Source: an uncultured Acidobacteriota bacterium
Lineage (GTDB): Bacteria; Acidobacteriota; Thermoanaerobaculia; Multivoradales; SZUA-115
Length of the DNA: 64,000 nucleotides
Direction: 5' to 3'
Assembly (NCBI GenBank): GCA_963805975.1
Contig: CAWDVR010000002.1
Location: forward strand, 64,001 to 128,000
Shown: positions 26,479 to 35,000 of the stretch, piece after piece
Layout of the letters: every line of letters begins with the position of its first letter
Numbering within the stretch: position 1 is the first letter of the stretch
The notes under the pieces: generated by a model
What the model was told of the DNA's origin: nothing
The model's database searches: none
The model's input: the letters and a program-made list of their open reading frames with translations, nothing else
Made by a program: the position numbers and the translations under genes

Positions 26479-27714
26479 ATGCGGATCAAACTCAGCCGAG
26501 CGACCCTCGATAGCGCCAAGCCAGGCGCCCAGCGCTATCTGCTGCGCGACACCCGGACGGTGGGCCTGGCTCTCAAGATCGAACCGTCCGGCACCCGTAC
26601 CTTCGTCTTCGAGTACCGGCTCCAGGGTAAGCCGTCCCAGCGCTACAACATCGGCCGTTATGGTCAGCCGTGGACCCTGGATCAGGCACGGGCCGAGGCG
26701 GGCCGGCTGCGGTCGTTGGTGGACCGTGGTTTGGATCCCCTGGCCGTCCGTCAGCGGGAAGCCTCGTCAGGCCGGAGCCTGACGGAGCTGGCCGCTCTGG
26801 TCATGGCCCAACTCGAAAGGTCCGGGCGCCGCCCTGGGACCCTCTACATCTACCGCCGGATGTTGCGGCTGTTCATCCTTCCCCGGTTCGGCAGGCTTCG
26901 TGTTGAAGATCTCAGTGTCGAGCACGTCGAGCGGATGCACGCAGAGCTAGAACGCACTCCTGTCCAGGCCAATCATGCGCTCGTGGTGCTCGGCCGTTGC
27001 CTGACGATTGCCGAGCGCTGGGGATGGATTCCCCGCGGGTCGAACCCGGTGCGGTGGGTGGAGCGCTATCCGGGGCGGCGGCGTGGGGACAAGAAGGGCG
27101 TGATGTTGACGCCCGAGCAGATGGCGCGGCTCCTGGCGGCGTTCGACGAAGAGGAGCAGAGCGGCGGTGATCCGCTCGCTGTTGCCGCTCTTCGGATCGC
27201 CTTCTGGACGGGCTGGAGAACGAAGAGCGAGGTTCTCCGGCTTCAGTGGTCTGACCTCGACCTCGACCGCAGCCAGGCCCGGTTGGTCGGCACCAAGACG
27301 GCAGACCAGGAGTACAGGGTGCTTCCGGACGAAGCGGCAGCGGTGCTCCGATCGCTTCCGCGGGTCGAGGGGAGCCCCTGGGTGTTCCCCAGCCAGGACC
27401 CGATGCGGCATCGCAGGACTCTACGCCGGGTGTGGTATCGAGCGCGACAGAGAGCCGGGCTCGTGGACCTCGAAGAGCTGGGGTGCTTTCGCCTCCACGA
27501 CCTACGGCACAACATGGTGAGTTGGGACGTCTCTCGAGGCACGAGCTTGAAGATGGCCGGTGCGAGTGTGGGCCACAAGAACCAGAGATCCACCGAGGTC
27601 TATGCGCACTTTCTGCCTTCTCATTTGCTGGCTTCCACCAACGCCCGATCGCAAGCCATGCGCGAGGCTCTGGAAGCGGCCCAGCAGGCGGCTTCAGGCC
27701 CGGAGGAGATGTAG
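26479..27714 (+). CDS. Tyrosine recombinase/integrase with an N-terminal arm-binding domain
   Basis: Arm domain (LRD..GLALKI..GTRTFVFEYR..IGRYG..TLDQAR); catalytic residues TGWR, TKT, HDLRH, GH, Y all present. Confidence 0.92.
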   Translation: MRIKLSRATLDSAKPGAQRYLLRDTRTVGLALKIEPSGTRTFVFEYRLQGKPSQRYNIGRYGQPWTLDQARAEAGRLRSLVDRGLDPLAVRQREASSGRSLTELAALVMAQLERSGRRPGTLYIYRRMLRLFILPRFGRLRVEDLSVEHVERMHAELERTPVQANHALVVLGRCLTIAERWGWIPRGSNPVRWVERYPGRRRGDKKGVMLTPEQMARLLAAFDEEEQSGGDPLAVAALRIAFWTGWRTKSEVLRLQWSDLDLDRSQARLVGTKTADQEYRVLPDEAAAVLRSLPRVEGSPWVFPSQDPMRHRRTLRRVWYRARQRAGLVDLEELGCFRLHDLRHNMVSWDVSRGTSLKMAGASVGHKNQRSTEVYAHFLPSHLLASTNARSQAMREALEAAQQAASGPEEM

Positions 27715-27879
27715 AGATGCCAAGCGCGAGGGACGAGCCTCTGAGGCCCGAGGGCCGCCCAGGGGGCGGTCGCGGTGTTGGCAACCCCGCGGCCACCAGG
27801 CCGCACCAAAAAACCAAGCGGGCCGACCGAGCGCTAACGACACCCGGCCGACCCTAGCCGACCATGGAGCCGGAACCCC

Positions 27880-28317
27880 ATGACCGACCGAGAGCAGTCT
27901 ACCGCTGCCGCAGTACCTCTACCCGATCCCCCTCCACCCCCCGAGGAGCCCGCCTCGCCGCCTTCGCCCTTGGATGCCTGGGAGGAGCTACAGCCCATTC
28001 GGGAGACGTTCCTCCACCACGTGGGCCACGCTGAGACTCAGCAGGCTCTCCGCGCGATCGGCGATTACTTCTACCAGGCCGTCCTCGAGTGGCGGAACTT
28101 CCCCGACGTGGAGACGCCGCTCATACTGCTGGAGCTCGAAGCCGGGGCCAAGGATGCGCGTTATCTCCAGGGCTTTCTGCACCACACGGTAGCCGACGAC
28201 GGCCGGGGCACCTTGGCCGATGCCCGGTACGAGCGCTGGCTCAAGGTGAAGGCCGAGGAGTGGGCCGACGCCCTCGGCGAGGTCGCCACCGAGATCGAGA
28301 AGGCGGTGGCGGAATGA
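27880..28317 (+). CDS. Hypothetical protein (acidic, helical, Pro-rich N-terminus)
   Basis: Coding-like codon usage, SD GGAG upstream, hairpin downstream. Confidence 0.7.
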   Translation: MTDREQSTAAAVPLPDPPPPPEEPASPPSPLDAWEELQPIRETFLHHVGHAETQQALRAIGDYFYQAVLEWRNFPDVETPLILLELEAGAKDARYLQGFLHHTVADDGRGTLADARYERWLKVKAEEWADALGEVATEIEKAVAE

Positions 28318-28373
28318 AGCCCGCCTGCCGGAGGTCCGAGCGCCTCCAGCGACCCACCTAGAAACACCCCTAC

Positions 28374-28416
28374 GCCGCCCGGGCCTCCAGGAACCAGGAG
28401 GCTCGGCGGCTTTCCT
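28374..28416 (+). terminator. Terminator-like hairpin
   Basis: GCCGCCCGGGCCTCC-loop-GGAGGCTCGGCGGC followed by TTTCCT (weak U tract). Confidence 0.5.
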
Positions 28417-29000
28417 CGACCGCACAGTCCCTCGCCTTATCGGAACCACCGAAGCCTGCCGGCCGGAGCGCTGCCGGAGGGGACTAGCAAGCTGTGTTTT
28501 CGCTATGCGAAAACCCCCCGCTCGCAAGCTCGCGGGCCGCTTGCCGGGGGAGGCCCCCAGGACCCCCCAGAGGCTCGCTTCGCTCGGGAAGAGCGCCTAT
28601 GGCTGCGGCCTGGTCTCCCCTCCTCCCGAGTCCGCGAGCGGAGTCCAGGGGTGGCCCTTGGCCAGCTAAGGCGAGCTGGCGAGCCGCGTTTTCGGACCAT
28701 GAAAGCCGCGAGCGCCGCGAGGGGTTTTCGTGGGACGAAAACATTGCTGGCAGAGCGTGGAGCGTCGAAGGCTCCGGGGGGTGGGTCTCAGGCGCGAGGG
28801 TGGCGCCAGCGCATGGGCAATAGGTGGAGCTCGCGCCGCCACCAGGAGGAGCGAGCCAGAGCTGCCGCAGGTCGGATCGAGGGAAGGGAAGCCCAGGTAC
28901 CGTGAGCTGGAAGCGTCTGTCTGCTGTAAGCCACATGCCGGGGATACTTACCCGGGACGGGGTTCGATGCGCCCTGGAGTGCCAAAGCCCGAGCGGCCGC

Positions 29001-31595
29001 TCACTCGGCCGCTTTCGGGAGCGTCTTGAAAGTCAGCCGTTCGAGCGACCAGGTCACGGGCAAGTCCAAGGGTTCGACGCCGCGGCTTGACGAGCCGGTC
29101 TGCGAGAGCAGCTCCTCGAGCAACGTGGTGCCGCGCGGGCCACGCGATCGGACTCCCGGAAACTGCACCACCCAGGGGTTGGGTATGGGTTCCTCGGTGC
29201 TGAGCAGGAAGTAGGTATCAGTGCCGAAAGGCTCACGGATTCGGAATATGTCCCGGGCTCCGACCTGAATCTCGTTGGGCCACCGGCCCGAGGGGGCGGT
29301 AACGATGGGGAAGCGATTCTCGACGCTGCCGAGCGCACCGCGCGGGAACAGCAGGACGCTGTTACCAAAGCTGTCGATGCTGAAGAAATAGAGATAGCGC
29401 GGAGCTCTGGCATAGGCGAGTGCTTGGGCATCGCTTTGCAGCACCAGTCCCAGCTTCTGGCCGGCATAGAGCTCGCCGTCACGGTGAATCTGGCCTGATT
29501 CTCCGCGCAGTGCAAAACGGTAAGGAAACTCGCTGCCCAACGGGGACTCGAGGGTCAGCCAGGCTCGGATCTTGGCGATGCGCAGCGCACTTTCGGTCAG
29601 CGTCTCCGCGCAGTTTTCGTTTTTTTCGTCGCACCAGTTGCTGCGCAGGGGAAGCGCAACCAGCTCCGGATCGGTCGCGCTCGCCTCCGGTCGGAGCCAG
29701 GCGAAGCTCATCTGACCCGCCACCAGGCGACCGACCAACAGATAGTGCGCGTCCGCCGGGTCCGAGACCCGTTCGACAGCGTCGTGCTGGCTGCCCTGCC
29801 CCAGATCGAGATGGCGCGCGAGGTCCGACGAAGAAGGCACGTTGACGAACAGGATTGGCTCTTTCGTTCCTGCCTGGAGCCGCCGCAGGATGTCCTTGCT
29901 CGCGGGCGTCGCGCCCAACGATTCGGGCACCCCGGCAGGATGGGTGAGCCACCATCCATCCTGCTTGCGGTACAGGACGTGCGTGGGCGTGCTCTCGGTC
30001 GGGTCCGTCACCCAGCGCACACCGCTCTTCTCGCTCAAATCGCAGAGCTGCCGAATCCAGGCCATTTGCTGGCTCCAGCTCGGGCCGGCTTCGGGAACCC
30101 ATACCTTCAAGGTGGGCTCGTTGGCAATGACCCAACGCGAGATGGCGACCAGCTCGCCCGCCGCAACCGGCTGCGGAGAGCGTCGCACGGACCTCGTGGC
30201 GACCACCCGCGCCTCGGCCGAAACCGGCCCCAAGACGCGAACCACGCGCAATCGCACGAGCTCCTCGTGGGGCGAAGAGCTCTGGAGATCGAGCTCCACG
30301 CCTTCGCGCAGACCGTGAATCCATCCCCCCTCCAGGATGACCGTGCCATCGGCGGAGGTTTTTTGAACCGCGATCATGCCGACCGACCGGGCCGAAGCCT
30401 GTTCATGGCCGAACAAGGGGCGTCGCTGGCGCTCCAAGGTGCCCGCGAGGACCGGCCGCTGCTGAGTCTCGCTGCCTTGCAGGAGAGCCCAGGCACGTTG
30501 AAACGTGACTTCGGCGCCCTCCCCGGGCAGCCCACGACCGAGCGCACTCAACAGGGCCTGCGAGAAGGCGCCGTGAATCTGTTTTGCCGGGTCTGAGATC
30601 TCGTAGGCCCGTTCGAAGTCCTGGGCCGCCGAGAGAATCAGCGCCCCGCGCTCTTCGGGTTTGCCGCCGGTCGGCGCCGAGTCCACCACACCACGCGTCG
30701 AGGCTGGCAGAAAACGTGGCGTCGCACTGGCCGGAATGCCGCGCGCGATGCTCCCGCTGTGGCAGCTGTCGAACAGGACTGTCAGCTTTGCGCCGGTGTC
30801 CAGGATCTGGTTGAAGAGTCGCGCCAGCTCCTTGTCGCGCAGGTCGTCGGCGCCCAGGTTGGAGTCCGCCGGCACCAGGCTCTCGTCGAGCTTGTCGTCT
30901 TCTTCGGAGGCCCGGTTGGGAACCTGCGACCCGTGGCCAGCATAGAAGAACACCAGCTCGTCGCCGCGCTTGGCAGAAGCCAGGAGGTGCTGCTCCAAGC
31001 CCTCGCGAATGGCCTGCCGCGTCGCAGCGCGATCGGTCAGCAGGAGCACCCCGGCAGCCGGAAAATCGTACTGCCCGATCAGCAGGTCGCGCATCGCTTC
31101 GGCATCGTTCACCGCGCCCCGCAGATTCCGCCAGCGCACTTGCTCTCGCGAGGCGACCGGCAACCCGGAGGTGTAGTCGTTGATGCCGACGATCAACGCC
31201 CGGCGCCTGGGAGCGGATGCGGAACGCCCCTCCGGAGGACGGGGCGCGGGAGCTCCCGTGGCCATGCCGGGCACTGGATCCGGCGTACCGAAAGGCACGG
31301 CACGAGTGCACGAGCGCACCCTCGCCACCGACAGCGCGAGGCCGCGAAGAATGCCGTGCCGCTGCACCGCTTCGCGCGAGTACTCCGAGCACGACGGCCG
31401 ATAACGGCAGCGGACATCTTCAGCCAGCCAAGGCCTGCCCAGCAGCTGATACTTCGCCACCGCCCAGTCGTAGGCTCGAGCCAGCTGCTGGGCCTGGGGT
31501 GGGCGCAGCGCATCGATCACCAAGGCCGTCAAGATCAGCCCGACGGCCAGCAGATAGGGCTCGGGCCTCTTCAGGTATTGCCGCAGTGCGGGCAT
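29001..31595 (-). CDS. YidD-like domain + caspase (peptidase C14) + DUF4384-like domain fusion
   Basis: TM/signal segment, CRYRPSCSEY..AVQRHG..RG...C..DPVP (YidD/haemolytic motif); ALIVGINDY, FYAGHG, FDSCHSG (His/Cys dyad); C-terminal YLYFFSID..LLFP..EPFGTD. Confidence 0.88.
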   Translation of the reverse strand: MPALRQYLKRPEPYLLAVGLILTALVIDALRPPQAQQLARAYDWAVAKYQLLGRPWLAEDVRCRYRPSCSEYSREAVQRHGILRGLALSVARVRSCTRAVPFGTPDPVPGMATGAPAPRPPEGRSASAPRRRALIVGINDYTSGLPVASREQVRWRNLRGAVNDAEAMRDLLIGQYDFPAAGVLLLTDRAATRQAIREGLEQHLLASAKRGDELVFFYAGHGSQVPNRASEEDDKLDESLVPADSNLGADDLRDKELARLFNQILDTGAKLTVLFDSCHSGSIARGIPASATPRFLPASTRGVVDSAPTGGKPEERGALILSAAQDFERAYEISDPAKQIHGAFSQALLSALGRGLPGEGAEVTFQRAWALLQGSETQQRPVLAGTLERQRRPLFGHEQASARSVGMIAVQKTSADGTVILEGGWIHGLREGVELDLQSSSPHEELVRLRVVRVLGPVSAEARVVATRSVRRSPQPVAAGELVAISRWVIANEPTLKVWVPEAGPSWSQQMAWIRQLCDLSEKSGVRWVTDPTESTPTHVLYRKQDGWWLTHPAGVPESLGATPASKDILRRLQAGTKEPILFVNVPSSSDLARHLDLGQGSQHDAVERVSDPADAHYLLVGRLVAGQMSFAWLRPEASATDPELVALPLRSNWCDEKNENCAETLTESALRIAKIRAWLTLESPLGSEFPYRFALRGESGQIHRDGELYAGQKLGLVLQSDAQALAYARAPRYLYFFSIDSFGNSVLLFPRGALGSVENRFPIVTAPSGRWPNEIQVGARDIFRIREPFGTDTYFLLSTEEPIPNPWVVQFPGVRSRGPRGTTLLEELLSQTGSSSRGVEPLDLPVTWSLERLTFKTLPKAAE

Positions 31596-31960
31596 CGTGC
31601 GCTGGCCTCGAGTCGCTGATTGTTGCAGTGAGGGCATCGGATCAAGTTACCCTGTGGGCGCGAGAACAGATAGATCACGAGGCCGATCACGCTGGTCAGC
31701 ATGACCAGCACCATCCACATCACAGCGCTGTCCATGCCGCGCGACTTCGCATCTCTCGCCACCCAGACGAGGAGCGCGATGTTGAGCGCGAAGATTGCGA
31801 TGGGTACGAGGATCAGGGTACCTGTAAATGCGCCACAGGTGCCGCAAGCAGCGCAGGCGACGGCGTCTTCCTGGGGATCGGACGGCTGGAAGGCGAACAG
31901 TGTGGGAGCAAGGCCTAGAAAGGCCAGAGCTGCCGCAACCAGAGCTTTGCGATGGCTCAT
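31571..31960 (-). CDS. Small membrane protein with a PLDc_N-like TM hairpin and a C-terminal zinc ribbon
   Basis: Signal peptide, CAACGTC, WVARDAKSRG..W..IGLVIYLFSRP, CPHC-x10-CPHC. Confidence 0.8.
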   Translation of the reverse strand: MSHRKALVAAALAFLGLAPTLFAFQPSDPQEDAVACAACGTCGAFTGTLILVPIAIFALNIALLVWVARDAKSRGMDSAVMWMVLVMLTSVIGLVIYLFSRPQGNLIRCPHCNNQRLEASARCPHCGNT

Positions 31961-32055
31961 CGGTTTCTCCATGAATTCGTACGGTCGATGGCAGGGCCCC
32001 CGACGCGATGAGTGGAAGGCTCGATGCACTGTGTTCTGCACCGTTAGACACGCGC

Positions 32056-35000
32056 TCAGGGCCTTTGTGGGGCCTCGACGATGCGGATGGCTTGGCGGCT
32101 GGTGCTGAGCGCAACGGCTGTCAGGTCGGGCGCTTTTCCGCGCTGTAGAAAAGCCTCGTCGAGCAGCGGCGCAAGCGGCCCCAAGCGCTCGCGCTCGCCA
32201 CGGCTGAGGCCGGAGAGCCGCGGCAAGCGCAGGGGCGAGAAGTCGATGGGCTCGGCGCTGGCGATCAGCAACAGCACATCGACCCCCAGAGGCTTGGTTA
32301 CCTGAAATACCTCGTTCAAGGTCCGGGGCCTGGGCTTGGCACTTGCCCTTTCACGCGCTCCGGGAGGCGGCCAGATCACGGCGATGTCTCCATCGGACAT
32401 CAAGTCGAGCACCGAGATGAAGGCGGCATCGTCACTGCCGGTGATCCGCAGCTCGAAGAGGCTGTCGAGCGGCAGCTCGATCTCCTCTCCGAGCGTGCGC
32501 ACCTGTTCTCGCGGATGGGCGACTACGCGACAGCTCTGGCGCGTCCCCGTGGTCGGGTCGGGGCAGTCCAGGAAGTCGACCGGCACCACCTCGAGCTCGG
32601 TGTGCAGGCGCGCATCGTACAAATCGAGCCGGCGCAGGTAGCGGTTCAGCGCCAGCCGGGGCGCGAGATCGGTCGCGGTGTCGCGGACCAGGAAAGCGCG
32701 TGCCGTGACGAGCTCGTCGTAGGCCACCGGCGAGGCCAGCTCGGCAATCGCTTCGTAAGGGGAGGCCTCCGAGATGCGAGCACCGGTGAGTGGATCGCCG
32801 ACCGCGGGCCCGGAGGCTCCTGCCGGATGGATCTCCAGCTCGGAGCCGACGGTGAGACCGGCCAGCAATCCAGGCCGCAGGCGGACCCATCGGTCCTTGC
32901 CGGCGATCGGGATCACCGTAAAGTACGGCAGCTGCCACGTCATCGGGGCTTCCAGGAAAAGCGGGCTGTCGAGCACGCCCTCGGCCTGAAGAACATTCGA
33001 CACCTTGCCGCGCAAGGCGGCTCGGGCTCGCTCGGCCAGCTCGCGATAGGTGAGCGGCGGTGGATCCTGAGCCAGCTCCCGGCTGATCGCCCACGTCAGA
33101 CTGCCCACGCGTTCCAGGTCGTGGCGCTTCACTTCGAGCGCCCGCTCCCCGGAACGCGACGCGGAGAGCACGATCAAGGGCGCCAAGCCCTCTTCATGGA
33201 TTTTCATCCCGCGCACGCCGTCGACGAGCCCCGAGATCATGTCTTCGCCCCGCGCCCCGGTGCCGGAGTGGCAGGCGTCCAGCAGCACCACGACTTGCCC
33301 TGTCGGCCCCAATCGGCGGCGCAACCGCTCGAGCAGCTCGCCCAAAGCGTCGTCGCGCAGATAGCGCTCGATACCTTCGCCGAGCGCACCCGGAGCTTCG
33401 TCGACAGGGGCGTCATACGGCACCAGCGCTTCGTCATAGCCGTCGAGCTCGTCACCGGGCTCGTCGTCGGGCAGCAGGCGGCCGTGGCTCGCCACGAAGA
33501 GCAGCGCCAGGTCCCCAGGTCGACTGGGCTCGATCAGCGCTTGCTCGACGGCGCTCACGATCCCGGCGCGAGTGGCATCGCGATTCAGCAACTCGCGGAT
33601 CGCCGACGGCGAGAATCCTCGGCTCTCGAGCGTGGTTCGCATCAGCACCACGTCTTGCTCCGAGGCGATCCTGCGCCAACCACTGCCGGCGGGGTATTCA
33701 CCGATCCCGACCAGGAGAGCGCGCCTGGCGGCAGGGCCGCGAGCGGCCCGCGGCGCGGGCAGCACCGCCGCTTCCGGCTCGGGAGGAGGCGGGGCCATCT
33801 CACCCGTCAGCGTGAAGGCTCCCCAGAAATAAGGAGCTCGAAAACGCTCGTCCGCGAGCAGCGCCAGCTGCGCCTGGCGCAGGGCCTCGCTGGCCGGCTG
33901 GCCCGCACGCAGCAAGCGATAGAACGAGACGGTGAGCTCCGCCGCCGCGAGGTCGTCGATCTTCCACAAGGTGGAAACCACGGCCGGACTGCCGGAGTAG
34001 AGGATGGCGCGCGCCAGGCTGGCGACCTCGTCACCGGCGCTGCGCTTGCCGAGCGCGGTCTCACAGGCCGAGAGCATCACGAGATTGACGCCGGAAAGAT
34101 CCACGCCGCTCAGCAGCTCGTGCACCTCCAGATTGCCGTCCTGGGCCTCGTCCGGTGCCAGGGCGATGCGTGTGAACGAAGAGCTGTTGGCGTTGTAGAG
34201 CCCGTGGGCCGCCAAGTGAACGAGATCGATCTTGCCGCCGAGGCCGTGCAGCTTGCTCTCGGTGGCTTCGCCGTCCAGCCAAGGCCGAGTACCCCAGATC
34301 TCGGCCACTTGACGCGCTTCGGCAGCGGCACCCGGCAAGAGAGGCAGCCGAGGGTCGGTGGCGGCCGGTGCTCCCAGGACGAGCGCACGGCCCTCGAAGG
34401 AGGTTTCCTTGGCGCGCAGAAATGGCAAGGCACTCGCCGACGGCAGGTACGACAACGTGTAGTCCTCGAGCAGGTACCTGCCCGTGTCCGGGTCCCGCAG
34501 GGTGGCGAAGGGAAGGTAATGGAGCACGCCGTGCGGAACGAGCACCACCCTCGTGCTCCCGAGCTTGGTCTTGAGAGGTGAGAACAGCCGCCGGTAGAGC
34601 CTCGTCGCACGCTCGAGGTCATCCGGACAACCGGAGATCACCTCGGCACCCCGCGTGGCGCTGCCTGCGTCGCGACCGAGCGCCGCCGAAAAGCACAGCA
34701 CGTCTTCGATCCCTGCCGTGCCCAGGTCGAGCGCAACGTGCTCGAGGCTCGTCCGGTTGGCCACCCAGACATGGGCCCTTGTCCCCGAGATGAAATAGCT
34801 CACTAGGCTTTCCGCCGGTGCCAGGCTCTGCTGCACGGCAGCGAGGTCGAGCGGCTCGATGGTGACGAGCGCGGCGTACTCGGGGCTGGTGACTTTGATG
34901 CGTGTCATCAAACCCTCGAGATCCGCCTTGGCATGGCCGATGTCCCGTTCGAGGTGGAGGCGCTCGGCGCCGGCGGCCGACGGCAGCTCGCGCTCCCAGC

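Larger units (their letters stand above)
26300..29000. mobile_element. Left end/core of a putative integrative element (right boundary undetermined)
   Basis: Integrase, small ORF and structured non-coding region at a visible switch to less GC-extreme sequence; no att repeats identified. Confidence 0.5.

Noticed and set aside
28484-29090. Several short ORFs on both strands after the integrase module
   Set aside because: Mutually overlapping, no SD or motif support; the region looks like structured non-coding DNA
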